DNA of 64,000 bases, taken from Eledone cirrhosa (lineage: Eukaryota). A program made the position numbers and the translations under genes. The notes under the pieces are model-generated. The model did no database searches and had not been told where the DNA came from. It was given only the letters and a program-made list of their open reading frames with translations. The DNA is taken from NCBI GenBank assembly GCA_964016885.1, contig OZ024740.1, positions 92,504,001-92,568,000 of the forward strand. Reading direction: 5' to 3'. Below are positions 13,141 through 26,452 of this stretch, piece by piece; positions within the stretch are counted from its first letter, which is position 1; each line of letters opens with the position of its first letter.

Positions 13141-13745
13141 CAAATTATTACCATAGAACCACCTTGAATCATAGACAACCTATGTATTTCTGGGGGTACC
13201 TTGTACCCTTAGACATATTAACTTTATTCTTTAATCTCCGTTATGTAGAGAACAAATCTGTCGTTCTATCTAGCTGCTATTTTTTTAGTGGTGACTATAG
13301 ACAACAAGTCTGTGATTTCCCGCCTTCACTTCACACCGGGGTATATACGGGTCACTTTTACGACCTTTCAGACCCATGTTAGCTGGGGACGAGGTCATAT
13401 AATTTATCGTTCCTGAGGTTTTTAACCCTAGGAAAGGAAAATGCTTCTCTGATGATCTTTGTTTTTCCATTAATATCCATGTGATATCTAATGTTTTGCA
13501 AAGTGAAACTGTACAGTAAGGGCCATTTGAATAGGTAAATATTTATATTATATTTTTTAATTTTGATTAATTTTAATTTTAAATTAATTTTGATTTATTT
13601 TGAAAAATTGGTTGAATTTTACTTGTTCTGCTTATCTTGATATTAAGTTCTGGTGTATTAAATTATTACCATAGAACCACATTGAATCATAGACAACCTA
13701 TGTATTTCTGGGGGTACCTTGTACCCTTAGACATATTAACTTTAT
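13141..13745 (+). mobile_element. ~520-nt pLTR/retrozyme-like unit with an ~85-bp terminal direct repeat
   Basis: 13142-13227 is repeated at 13661-13745. It contains an HHR and ends in a TA run. Confidence 0.6.
13445..13522 (+). ncRNA. Hammerhead ribozyme
   Basis: ttct-CTGATGA-t-ctttg...caaag-t-GAAA-CTGTACAG-TA-aggg; 10-nt palindromic stem III ACTGTACAGT, triplet GUA. Confidence 0.7.
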
Positions 13746-13761
13746 ATAAATATATATATAT

Positions 13762-14366
13762 TTGTTTTGTAAGGTTTTTATATGAAATCGTGTGTCGAAA
13801 TAAATAGTGTTATACTTGGGGAAGGTCACATTGTTGTAATAATATTACCAGAAATAATAACAGAAAACACTCATTGTTTGTTTGGTTTGGGCTTTCGTAT
13901 CTTTTATATCTTCATAGTTAATTCATTTGGCCATCAATGTTTATCACTGACAGGCCAACTGTAAAAAATACAGATATAAATACATATATATAGTCTAACA
14001 AAGTTCTTTCGTTGCACATCTGCAACATCATCAGTGGTATTATTCTTATGTTTCCCCCCATTCTATTGTATGTATTGTAGTGTCTTAAATGGCGTAGATA
14101 GTACAATAGATACAATACATGATAATAGTACCACTGATCATGTTGTAGATGTGCAACGAAAGAAATTTGTTAGACTATATATATATATATATGTATTTAT
14201 ATCTGTATTTTTTACCGTTGGCCAGTAGTGATAAACATTGATGGCCAAATTAATTAACTATGAAAATATAAAAGATAAAGAAACGAAAACCAACCTGAGA
14301 GTGTGTTCTGTTATTATTCTGTCAACATTGTTACAACAATATGACCCTTCTCTCCTCAAGTATACA

Positions 14367-14367
<1 letters not shown>
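13762..14367. mobile_element. Inverted-arm pLTR-like insertion, family F, with HHRs at ~13991-14040 (-) and ~14125-14178 (+, core mutated)
   Basis: 13810-14045 is the diverged reverse complement of 14122-14365. Motif: cca-CTGATGA-t-GTTGCAgatgTGCAAC-GAAA-gaac-TT-tg. The left tail is ~45 nt longer. Confidence 0.72.
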
Positions 14368-14437
<70 letters not shown>

Positions 14438-14440
<3 letters not shown>

Positions 14441-15183
14441 GAATAATCGAGTATCGGAAAATCAGCTCACGAATTAACGATAAACAAATCCGATATGAGT
14501 GGCAGAGGTCTCAATAATTTGGGTAAATCAGAGCTATAACTATCGTTAAATTACCAACACATAAAGATTATGCCTAAAATCACCCATACAGCCGAAAAAG
14601 AACGACCAGGAAGATATGGGTCACTCAAATAAAATATCAATAAATCAATAATTTAAATGAATGTAAAAAACTTACCCGGACCCGCTAGAAGGGTGTTAAA
14701 TCTAGCTTCTTGGGTTTCTGCAATTCCTTAATCCATTCACTATCAGCCCACATAAAAATATATAAGACTTCTAGGGAAGGACCGGACCGGAAGAACTTTA
14801 TCAACGGGTTAAGTCCGATAATAAAGAAGTGACCTTTAGCCAGACACGCACATGCTGCCCAGCAAGGGAGATGACCTCTATATTAGCGAAAAATTTTCGG
14901 TAATGTTGAAATCATGTGGGGGTACAAAATATCACATATCGAATCAGAGTGCTCAATAGACATGTTAAAATAAACAGGAGCTATTCATGATTCAATAGAA
15001 TCGACAAAAAAAAATTATCAATAAAATTAACTGGTCAATAGCTATGTCTAGAGCTAAATATAATAGAATAATCGAGTATCGGAAAATCAGCTCACGTATT
15101 AACGATAAACAAATCCGATATGAGTGGCAGAGGGCTCAATAATTTGGGTAAATTAGAGCTATAACTATCGTTAAATTACCAAC

Positions 15184-15185
<2 letters not shown>
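14438..15185. repeat. (TA)n-flanked ~625-bp unit with ~120-bp terminal direct repeats
   Basis: 14438-14557 is repeated nearly identically at 15062-15183. Confidence 0.75.
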
Positions 15186-15269
<84 letters not shown>

Positions 15270-15272
<3 letters not shown>

Positions 15273-17113
15273 TATGTACACGTACATATATATATATGTA
15301 TACCGACGTACAGTAGTATGTACTTATATATACATACATGCACACATATATATATTTACGCATGGATTCACCGAAAATTATTATAATGCTCGGTGTGAAT
15401 GTAAACAAACATCCCTTATTAAGCTGTAGTGTCTAGCAACCATCGTTGCTCGTTTGTTCAACACTGACAAATGAACAGTGTACTAGTTTCAAGCTTATTA
15501 GCTATCGTCAGCAACGTATACGTTCCTGCCAGATAATTGAACGTATATATGCACATTAACGGCTGATTAGCCCAGATTGCATATCGAGTGGGTTAATCGG
15601 CCGGGTGCACCGAAAACGATAAACGGAAAAAGTGAAACGAAATTTCATTTACCACTTTTAGTACGGCTGTTACTTACATATAAGTATGTAAACGTACATA
15701 CATACATGTATACTGACGTACAGTAGTATGTACATATATATACATACATGCACACATATATAACGAGCAACGATGGTTGCTAGACACTACGGTTTAATAC
15801 GGGATGTTTGTTTACAAACACACCGAACATTATAACAAATGTTCGGTGAATCCATACGTACATATATATATGTGTGCATGTATGTATATATATGTACGTA
15901 CTACTGTACGTCTGTATACATATATGTATGTACGTGTACATACTTATATTTAAGTAGCAGCCGTACTAAAAGTGGGAAATGAAATTTCGTTTCATTTTTT
16001 CCGTTTATCGATTACGGTGCACCCGGCCGATTAACCCACTCGATATGCAAATGGGCTACTCAGCCGTTAATGTGCATGAGGTAAGTATATACGTTCAACA
16101 AACTGGCAGGAAGGTATACGTTGCTGACGATAGCTAATAAGCTTGAAACTAGTACAGCGTTCATTTGTCAGTGTTGAACAAACGAGCAACGATGGTTGCT
16201 AGACACTACGGCTTAATACGGGATGTTTGTTTACAAACACTCCGAGCTTCATAATAAATGTTCGGTGAATCCATACGTACATATATATATGTGTGCATGT
16301 ATGTATATATATGTAAATACTACTGTACGCCTGTATACATATATGTATGTACGTGTACATAATTATATTTAAGTAACAGCCGTACTAAATGTGGGAAATG
16401 AAATTTCGTTTCATTTTTTCCGTTTATCGTTTTCGGTGCACCCGGCCGATTATCCCACACGATATGCAAATTGGGCTACTCAGCCGTTAATGAGCATAAA
16501 GTAAGTATATACGTTCAACAATCTGGTAGGAAGGTATACGTTGCTGACGATAGCTAATAAGCTTGAAACTAGTACATCATTCCTTTGTCAGTGTTAAACA
16601 AACGAGCAACGATGATTGCTAGACACTACAGCTTAATACAGCATGTTTGTTTACAAACACACCGAGCATTATAATAAATGTTCGGTGAATCCATACGCAC
16701 ATATATATGTGTGCATGTATGTATATATATGTACATACTACTGTACGTCTGTATACATATATGTATGTATGTGTACATACTTATATATAAGTAACAGCCG
16801 TACTAAGTGTGGGAAATTAAATTTAGTTTCATTTTGTCCGTTTATCATTTTCGTTGCACCCGGCCGATTAACCCACTCGATATGCAAACTGGGCGACTCA
16901 GTCGTTAATGTGCATAAGTAATTATATACGTTCAACAATCTGGCAGGAAGGTATACGTTGCTGACGATAGCTAATAAGCTTGAAACTAGTACATCGTTCC
17001 TTTGTCAGTGTTGAACAAACGAGCAACGATGGTTTCTAGACACTACGGCTTAATACGGGATGTTTGTTTACAAACACACCGAGCATTATAGTAAATGTTT
17101 GGTGAAACCATAC

Positions 17114-17164
<51 letters not shown>

Positions 17165-18240
17165 CATGTATGTATATATATGCACATACTACTGTACGTC
17201 TGTATACATATATGTATGTACGTGTACATGCTTATATTTAAGTAACAGCCATACTAAATGTGGGAACTGAAATATTGTTTCCTTTTTCCGTTTATCGTTT
17301 TCGGTGCACACGGCCGATTAACCCACTCGATATGCAAATTGAGCTACTCAGCCGTTAATGTGCATGAGGTAATTATATACGTTCAACAATCTGCCTGTAA
17401 GGTATACGTTGCTGACGATAGCTAATAAACTTGAAACTAGGACAGCATTCCTTTGTCAGTGTAGAACAAACAAGCAACGATGTTTACTAGACACTACGGC
17501 TTAATACGGGATGTTTGTTTACAAACACACCGAACATTATAATAAAGGTTCGCTGAATCCATACGTACATATATATGTGTGTGCATGTATGTATATATAT
17601 GTACATACTACTGTTGTCTGTATACATATATGTATGTATGTGTACATACTTATATATAAGTAACAGCCGTACTAAATGTGGGAAATGAAATTTCGTTTCA
17701 TTTTTTCCGTTTATCATATTCGTTGCACCCGGCCGATTAACCCACTCAATATGCAAACTGGGCTACTCAGCCGTTAATGTGCATAAGGTAAGTATATACC
17801 TTCAACAATCTGGCAGGAAAGTATTATTTGCTGACGATAGATAATAAGCTTGAAACTAGTACAGCGTTGCTTTGTCAGTGTTGAACGAACGAGCAACGAT
17901 GGTTGCTAGACTCTACGGCTTAATACGGGATGTTTGTTTATTAATACACCGAGCATTATAATAAATGTTCGGTGTCTCCATACGTACATATATATATATA
18001 TGTGTGCATGTATGTATATATATATACATACTACTGTACGTATGTATACATATATGTATGTACGGCTGTACATACTTATATTTAAGTAGCAGCCGTACTA
18101 AAAGTGGGAAATGAAATTTCGTTTCAATTTTTCCGTTTATCGTTTTCGATGCACTCGGCCGATTAACCCACTCGATATGCAAATTGGGCTACTCAGCCGT
18201 CAATGTGCATACGGTAAGTATGTACCTTCAACAATCTGGC
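15270..18240. repeat. ~420-bp HHR-bearing tandem satellite (retrozyme-like): ~1.2 inverted units (15270-15761) then ~5.9 head-to-tail units (15762-18240)
   Basis: Unit starts (aacgagcaacgatgg) at ~15762, 16181, 16601, 17018, 17469 and 17888. Each complete unit has one HHR. Confidence 0.9.
16118..16160 (+). ncRNA. Hammerhead ribozyme of the satellite unit (other copies at 16538-16580, 16955-16997, 17406-17448 [cleavage site mutated], 17825-17867 and 15475-15517 on minus)
   Basis: acgttg-CTGACGA-t-AGCT-aata-AGCT-t-GAAA-CTAG-TA-cagcgt: canonical core, 6-bp stem I, palindromic stem III ACTAGT, triplet GUA. Confidence 0.88.
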
Positions 18241-18244
18241 AATA

Positions 18245-18651
18245 ACCAATACACAGTCACCCAAACACGAACACACATCAAACAGAACAATATACACACA
18301 CGCAGACGCATGCACAGAGAAGACAACAGAACTAACAAATAAATAATTCAATAAACTGACTGAATAAAGATGGCGTAAGCATACAATACAACGGGAGGAA
18401 ACGTAATAGCACCACTGACGATGTTGCAGATGTGCAACGAAAGAACTTTGTTAGACTATATATATGTGTTTGTGTCTATATTGTATCTGTATTTTTGACC
18501 GTTGGTCAGTCAATGGTAACATTGAGGACCAAATAAATTAAATTAACCCATATAAAAGACACAGAAGCGAAATCCAACCAAACAGTGAGTGTGTTCTGTT
18601 ATCATTTCTGGCAATATTATTACAACAATATGACTCCTCCCTAGGTAAAAC
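18245..18651 (+). mobile_element. Family F pLTR 3' end with HHR (~18405-18458), joined to the satellite and ending at (TA)n
   Basis: Similar to 14090-14367; contains cca-CTGACGA-tgttgcagatgtgcaac-GAAA-gaac-TT-tg. Confidence 0.7.
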
Positions 18652-18689
18652 TATATATATATATATACATATATATTACTATATACATA

Positions 18690-18738
<49 letters not shown>

Positions 18739-19076
18739 TACAATGACATGTGTCTTTTCCTGTTAATCTGTTTTCACCTAGAATAATATAACCCAAGTTA
18801 TACATGAATTCATTTGTTTAAGAAAGTTGTTAGCAAGCGTCTATAATGAAACGTCTACGCATAACAAACGGTCTTTCTGTCCTGTACTCATAGCATTAAA
18901 ATGTTATTTTAATAACTGTGATTGATTGAAGACTAAACTCCAGCAATGAAGAAATATTTAAGTGCTGACTTATACTTCTTGTTTGTAAATTATTGCGGAG
19001 CAAATTGATCCACCTGCTCAATTTCTTGTGCGTTCTACCCTGCATATTTAAATATCGGTAACTGACCAACACCCAC

Positions 19077-19182
<106 letters not shown>

Positions 19183-19562
19183 TGTGTGTGTGTGTGCGCG
19201 CGTTTGTGTGTGTGTGTGTGCGTGCGTGCGTGCGTGTGTGTTTCTAAATATAGGTAGAGTCGGCTCGTATGTTATGCAATCGAAGCTGTTATCGTCTCGT
19301 GTGATGTTTATATGTCATACTTCATTTTATTCATGGTTAAGGCGGTTATAACGTGCTGAATCTTAAATATATAAATATATACACATATATCTATTATATA
19401 TGCATTTATATTCAATTCACACGTTTTCGCCCTGCGTAGGTGGGCACGGGAAAATCAAACGTAACAAATTTCACTATGTATACAAATTTAATAAATATTT
19501 AAACTGTTTCGGTATTGAGTATTTGTTCAAGTATTTCAGTAATGCACAATTATAGATAGAAC

Positions 19563-19720
19563 AATTGTTTCTACTTTTTGGGACAAGGCCAGCAATTACC
19601 CATTGCATGACTGGTACTTTATTTTATCGACCCCGTAAGGATGAAAAGCAAACTTAATTTCGGCGGGATTCGAACTCCGAAAGGGAAGGGTTGTGACTCT
19701 TTGCGTCAATGCATAGCGTC
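19563..19720 (-). mobile_element. tRNA-derived SINE, diverged
   Basis: Shares acaaggccagc...gtactttattttatcgaccccgtaaggatgaaa...cggcgggatt with the other copies. Confidence 0.8.
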
Positions 19721-20000
19721 AGATAGAATAATGACAATAACGAAGATGATATTTATCGTTTACATAGCTCAATGTCTAAAACGAGACGAGCGAGAGGAAG
19801 ATGTTGTATCTAGACAGCTAATTTAGAGTTGCATACCTGCTATCGATTAGTGAATATATCGATATTATTATGTTTACTTCACCCTTTTGAAATGTTCGTA
19901 AATCAATGAAACCGTTAAGGATTAAACCTTGTCTTGTTTCAGTGCATTCTTAAAACTACATATATGACACTGTAATTCTCTTCAATAATTAGGAAAATAT

Positions 20001-20188
20001 AATTGTTTCTACTTTTGACACAAGGCCAGCAATTACCCAGTGCATTACTGGTACTTTATTTTATCGACCCCGTAAGGATGAAAGCCAAAGTCAACCTCGG
20101 CGGGATTTGAACTCAGATCGTAAAGGGACGTAACTATGCTGGAAAGCATGGCGTCCGACCCTCTACCGATACTGCCAATCCACCCCCA
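20001..20188 (-). mobile_element. tRNA-derived SINE (~185 bp)
   Basis: On the sense strand: A-box-like TGGCAGTATCGG, B-box GAGTTCAAATCC, conserved (G)CTTTCATCCTTACGGGGTCGATAAAATAAAGTACCAG body, ATT-type tail. Confidence 0.88.
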
Positions 20189-20589
20189 ATATGATGGTAC
20201 TCTTCCGCAATACCACAAAACAAGAAATGTTCATATCATTTCGTCCGCATAGAGTACTAAAAGTGTTTTTTTTTTCTCTGAGGAGGGTGGGTTATGCCTC
20301 AAAGGAGGTGAAGTTCATTGAGTATATGTAATGTCGGAATATGTTGAATAGCGAAGACTGGCAGAGCTCTCCACATGTTGAAAATATGTAATATATAATG
20401 TTACTGACGAAACGATAGACTCCTTAAAGTTGTTTCATTTTGTACGGTGCAGGAAACTAGATCGACGGTGGATCACCATTTGAATTGCCAACCATAGTTC
20501 CTAGATACACTAATGGAGTTCCTGTAAATTGAATGGATTGGAATGTTTGATGTGTGCAGTGTAATGATGTATATTGTGGTATGTCGTGG

Positions 20590-20598
20590 AGAGAGAGG

Positions 20599-20690
<92 letters not shown>

Positions 20691-20726
20691 AAGAGAGAGA
20701 GAAATAGAGAGAGAGAGAGAGAGAGA
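20590..20726. repeat. (GA)n microsatellite
   Basis: Read directly from the sequence. Confidence 0.97.
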
Positions 20727-22938
20727 CGGAGTTAATGAGAGCCTCCAGTGTTTGCGAAATATGGCGAATCCTGAAGTCGAGAGTATCAGTAAAAGAAGGG
20801 ATGTACTGTCGGTTTTATTGGGATCACCCATTGTTTAAGTTTGAACTGTTAACTGGGGAAAAATGGTTAAATAAAAATACAATTGTGAAGTGATATTTAG
20901 TGAAATTATTGTAAGAATGCGTAACTCACATTGTTGAGGTATTGTAATGGTGTCAGTATCTTTCGAGAACTGTCCATATCATGTAGAAGACCTTACTGTT
21001 GTATTTGTGTTTCTACGAGTGGCTCGTGATACTGGTTGCGATTCTCGTGTCCGAGTATTTGGAAGTAGATTCGGGATTTAGAAATCGGTAATTAAACTTG
21101 AGTTACGATCAAGTAGGGCTTGACTTCTGTGCATTTTGTTTAAACACTCCATGCAACTTAGGTGTCATAGATTACGGACCTCTCATTGTAAGTTTCATTG
21201 ATTCGGCATTCATCCGGTGTTAAGAATGTACAAGCTGGTGTCAATAGAATCGCATATATGTACTTTTGCGTGTACAATCTGCTGTTTTGGTGTACAATTA
21301 TATGTACGTATGTACGTATGCATACATTAATAAGAATGTATTGATTAGCAGGTTAATGCGCAAGATGTGATGTAAAATCAGGGTATCCAATATACACTTT
21401 GGTAAGATCCTCTTGACCCTCGTAGCTTCTCATCTATATTATTTTCCTTGATTACAAGACTATAGAGTTCATATTTTCATTAGCCTTGTACATGGTTGTA
21501 CTTCTATATTAATTTTAAATTCAACATTAGATAATGATCGAAATCATGTCTGTTATTAAGTATGTGAATGCCCTATCAACGAATCTAGAGATGCAGGCTT
21601 CAGGTACGTCAGTAGAATATGGGGTTAATTGTATTTAATTATATGCACTAGAGCGAATTACTGGTTAATGCATTTGCATCTGAGCAATTATTGGTATATG
21701 AGATATATGTTAAGACATTGATAGATGGGATAGGGTTACTGCTGTTGTAGTTGCCAAAGTAAATCAAAGATTTCGGATTAAGATCTGATTGGGATAATCG
21801 TTCATTTCAAAAGTGTGTTGCTCTTATTGTTAAAGCTATCTAAGTATTTTATGTAATATTGTTTAGTTCCAAATCCGCATTGAATATGCACATGAAGTTA
21901 CATTCTTTTGTAACTTTTAGGTTATGTAATCCCTTGTAGATAACATGCCAAAATACGGTCTTTCTTTTATGTGTGTGTATATTGTAAATGAATAAATATG
22001 CTTCACTTTGCTACAAATACAGAGAGAAATAGCACACTATTCTATCGTTGTGAAATTGCTATAGATATTCCTGAGGGAGGAAAATCATATTATGCATCTT
22101 ACGACCTGTTTATGTTTTACGATATAAAAGATTATGTATCTATATCCGATTTACATAAAAACACACATATTACTTTGAATGCTATCGAAGGTACTATCAG
22201 GCTGAATAAATGAACCTCAGATCAACGGACTTCGAAATCTCTCAAATATATTTGTTTCGTGTATGCAAGTCTACTTTATTCAATAATGCTTGTTTCTTTT
22301 CTGTGATGCGTTATAGCATTGAAAACGTGTCTCTACGTTTTATCGAAGACTGTACAACCAAATAGAGGTATCGTTGTATCATATCTGTATAAAGGAATTA
22401 CTGACTCTCAATAAATTAGGGCCTAACAACAAACAATATTATATACAACTAGAAATAATATCTACATAACGCATCCCATTACGTTTATTTTGATGTATCT
22501 GCAATTGTTATGTAACATCGTTTAGTAATTTTTATGCATTTTTATTCGTATGCACAAACTCGTTGAGTTGCTCCGTGTTTCAACGTACATTTTATGTTAA
22601 ACAATGAAGGGTAGAATATATTTGGCTTACCAGAAGCACATTTTTTGTACTATCGGTAGCAGCTTAAATATTGAAATATTGAAATGTCTAAACAGATATA
22701 ACTTTGTGGTTCCCGAAATATTGTATATAATTAAGAATATAATAGAAGTAACAGATATTTGATCACAAATACATACACTTGCTTGTGTATTTACTATTTT
22801 TAATTGTGAAAATAAAAATATGGTGAACAAAACAAAAGAGAAATTATGGTTAGAATTTGTAAATTATTAGGCACGTCAATATATATTGTATTTTATACAC
22901 ACAACTAGATGTACACTCGCAAATATATGTACACACAC

Positions 22939-23001
<63 letters not shown>

Positions 23002-23182
23002 CGTGTGTGTTTCTGTGTGTGTGTGTGTGTGGTGTGTGTTTGCAGCGTATAGATGAATGTAGAGCAGATCGATAATGGAGTCAGATCCATGACTCATATG
23101 GGTCATCTCTGCGAAAGGCGCGTAACAGGTGGATACGCAATAAATATATTTCATATGCAAACTAAACTTCCTCTTTTTTCTA

Positions 23183-23252
<70 letters not shown>

Positions 23253-23253
23253 G

Positions 23254-23312
<59 letters not shown>

Positions 23313-24424
23313 GCATGCATATACCCACATATGCATAGGTACATGCAGTTGGACTATGTGGAATAATCAAGAACCCCATCTTTAGATTTGTACCTTTGAT
23401 ATTTGGTGCTCTGTAATATAATAATAACAGACTCAGTGCTAGAATGAGATGATAGTGTTCACTGAACCAGAAAGGACAGCGATAGTTAGGAAGACGCAAA
23501 TGCAGCCTATTCATAGAACTGTAAACATATGTGAATTATTTCAGATTATCATTGTAATAACTACGTATAGATAAGGACACATAAGCGATTGTACACATAT
23601 AACTCAAAGATACAGACGCAAATATTCAATAACACTATGCTTACACACACATAGAAACACACATACACGTACACAAATATTTGCCTAGTTGAAGTTGTCT
23701 AAATTGCAATGGAAGCGATTCTCATATATTCGAAACCCGCTTCAGACTATTGGTAAAAATGTATGAACTAATTAATTCAGAAGTACGTATATACATGCAT
23801 ACATACATCCATACATACCTACATTTTACGCACATATAGAAACGGTTTGAAAACACCAAATGTATTGGAAAGGCAACATCTCTTACATAATGTGTAACAA
23901 AACAATAAAAAAGCAATTGTACTAAAACTTTGTGAGAAAGGAAAATTTGCTCGACATCTTATTTTAAATCACAAAGCGTATGAACATATTAAGGGAAAAA
24001 ATACAGAATATGTCTACGTATATATATTTATGTAGAAAATATGTTTGTATGTGTGCAACCACATATATATTGTTCCGTATACACACCTTAATGCATATAT
24101 ACGTACATTGATAGTGTTGCAGGTGCAATAATTATTGTATTAAATGATAACGCCGCCTAAAGCAAATTGATCGCTCGAGTTTCGAAAGTGATAAAACATA
24201 TTTCACTCATTTTGAAAGATTAGGGGAGTGCGGTTGCCATAACATATATATGAATGTATGTATATATGTATATATGCGTGTGTGTATGTATGCATGTATG
24301 TATGCATGTATGTACAAATGTATGTATGTCTGCACATAGCGATACATCCCTATATTGTTTACAATGATAGTGTGTTTTTTTTATATGTATATGTGAATGA
24401 ATATATATAAACACACACACACAC

Positions 24425-24460
<36 letters not shown>

Positions 24461-24528
24461 GACAGCTTGGGTTATGAAATATTTATAGTGTGTTGCTTTT
24501 TACATAATTGAATAACTCTGTACTACAA

Positions 24529-24568
<40 letters not shown>

Positions 24569-24809
24569 CGAAGTAAATGCGGTAAGGAACCAGATGGACC
24601 ATAACGCACCAAAATACTCAATACTTAGGGTAGTAGAGTGGGTAATAATAACGAGTAGGAACCCGACAGCTGAGCTCAAGCCGTTTCGACGGTTAATTCT
24701 GGACTAAATGGAAATTGTTATCCTGGTAAATGAATAGCCGTGATTCTCAGGGGCTAATTTCATATATGGTAAAAGTGATTGTCCCAAGGATCGTCCTGTT
24801 GGATCCATT

Positions 24810-25210
24810 TGCCCCCTCGACAACAGATGCAGAGATCGTAATGTGATCTACCAGTGCAACGTGAGGACGGACACCTCCAACAAAGCTTATATAGGATTAA
24901 CTGCTTGTGACTTCAAGACCCGGCTATACCAACACATACATACTTTCCGAACCCGGCCCGGCGTCACGCCACTACACTTTCGGGCCACATCTGGGACCTC
25001 AAAGATAACAATATAACCTATAATCTTACTTGGAGCTTACTCTCCAGAGCCAACTCTTATACGGGAGGACGCCGTCCGTGTAACTTATGCTCGGGGGAAA
25101 CATTATTTAGCTGTTTTCAACGGTCCAACTCCTAAACAAGAAAGACGAACTGGTAAATGCATGCAAACATAGATTTCGTAGGACTTACCTCGCCCTCAAA
25201 CCCCATAATG
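24810..25210 (+). pseudogene. PLE GIY-YIG endonuclease remnant (absent from the ORF track)
   Basis: Manual translation gives CPLDNRCRDRNVIYQCNVRTDTSNKAYIGLTACDFKTRLYQHIHTFR, then frameshifted TTLSGHIWDLKDNNITYNLTWSLL...CNLC...LLNKKDELVNACKH. Confidence 0.82.
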
Positions 25211-26302
25211 ACCCGGGGGGGTAGACAAGGTCTGGGACACCCCATTTGCCGACTTTGTAATGGGTAACCCCTGCTTACAAAGGTAGACGTAAGATTTTCT
25301 CATATATTTTTTATCGTTTCCTCTATATTTCCTTCTTCCCCCATCCCTTCCTAGTCCTTCCACCCTAATTCTCCTTCTTTGTCGTCGTTCTTCTCACCTT
25401 CTCGCCCACCCCGAGGCAGCCCTTCGGTCCTTTGTAGCCACAGTACCACCACCCCACCGCCTATTCTATGATATAATTGGCTGACTCCGCTTCTTATAAC
25501 AGATGTGCTAGACCAGAGATACTTGCTTTCTTATCTGATTGCGGCCCAATTTCCGTGATTTCTAGATTTATTAGTAGTATATTTGCTTAGTTTCTCGTAT
25601 AACAGTTTTTTTTTTTTTTGGGGGGGGGGGGGTTATTCTGAATACATTTTTCGTATTAAATTGTTCATTTATATCGTACGAGCATTATGTAGTTTGTATT
25701 AGAATTTATGTATTGTAGCGGTATTCTTATATATCGTATTAGTATTCATTTTCGGGATTCTAAATTAATATTTCGTATTAGTTTCGGGTTTCTGAATTAT
25801 TATTCCGTATTAGTTTTTTTTTTTAGTATTTTGGCCCCCTAATTGTTGACCTGTCATTGTAAGATAGATTTTGCCGATTACTATTAATTCATAAAATTCT
25901 TTCACTACAATCTCGTATTTAGTATTCCGTCCAACCTATTAAACTTTTCTATAGTTTAGCAGTACCAGTGAGAGATTTGATGATTGTGGTAGGGGAATAG
26001 TAACCAGAAATTGTGTTTTTTTATATTTTTAACATTCTTATTTTTCTATATATTTACTCCATATAGATTTACTTATTGTTTCGACTTCCTCCACCTCCCC
26101 CTTTCTAGTATACTTCTCTTGACCTCTTATCCTTAGGATTCTGCTGTAGTTGTCACTTTCAACGCACGACTGGGTTTCCTCCACTCCCTCTCCCTCTTTC
26201 TTTACTGGCAAGTTCAGCTAGCCCATCCTTCCCAAAAATGCCATGATAGAATTATGTCTCAACAACAAACTTTTGAGAATCACTTTTACGATATATGGAA
26301 TT

Positions 26303-26398
26303 ACCCCCTGAGAAGCTCCGCTATTCATTTACCAGGATAAAACTTTCCATTTAGTCCAGAATTAGCCGTCGAAACGGCTCGAGCTCCGCCGTCGGGGT
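26303..26398 (+). ncRNA. Hammerhead-like ribozyme with atypical CUGAGAA core (family D; inverted copy at ~24661-24754)
   Basis: acccc-CTGAGAA-...-GAAA-CGGC-loop-GCCG-TC-ggggt: full stem III, GUC triplet, long stem II insert. Confidence 0.55.
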
Positions 26399-26408
26399 CC
26401 TACTCGTT

Positions 26409-26452
<44 letters not shown>

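Larger units (their letters stand above)
24567..26410. mobile_element. Inverted-arm PLE insertion, family D: short minus arm (24567-~24780) + plus arm with GIY-YIG remnant and long 3' UTR
   Basis: 24650-24780 is the reverse complement of 26278-26410. The left tail is ~83 nt longer. Flanked by (TA)n. Confidence 0.82.

Noticed and set aside
15762-18240. Regular repeat array considered as CRISPR
   Set aside because: Whole ~420-bp units repeat with no unique spacers, there are no cas genes, and the context is eukaryotic.
20001-20188. tRNA gene
   Set aside because: The A/B boxes belong to a multi-copy SINE head; no full cloverleaf.
20726-21200. Possible host promoter / 5' exon after the (GA)n tract
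   Set aside because: No ORF, splice pattern or homology recognisable from sequence alone; would need RNA-seq.
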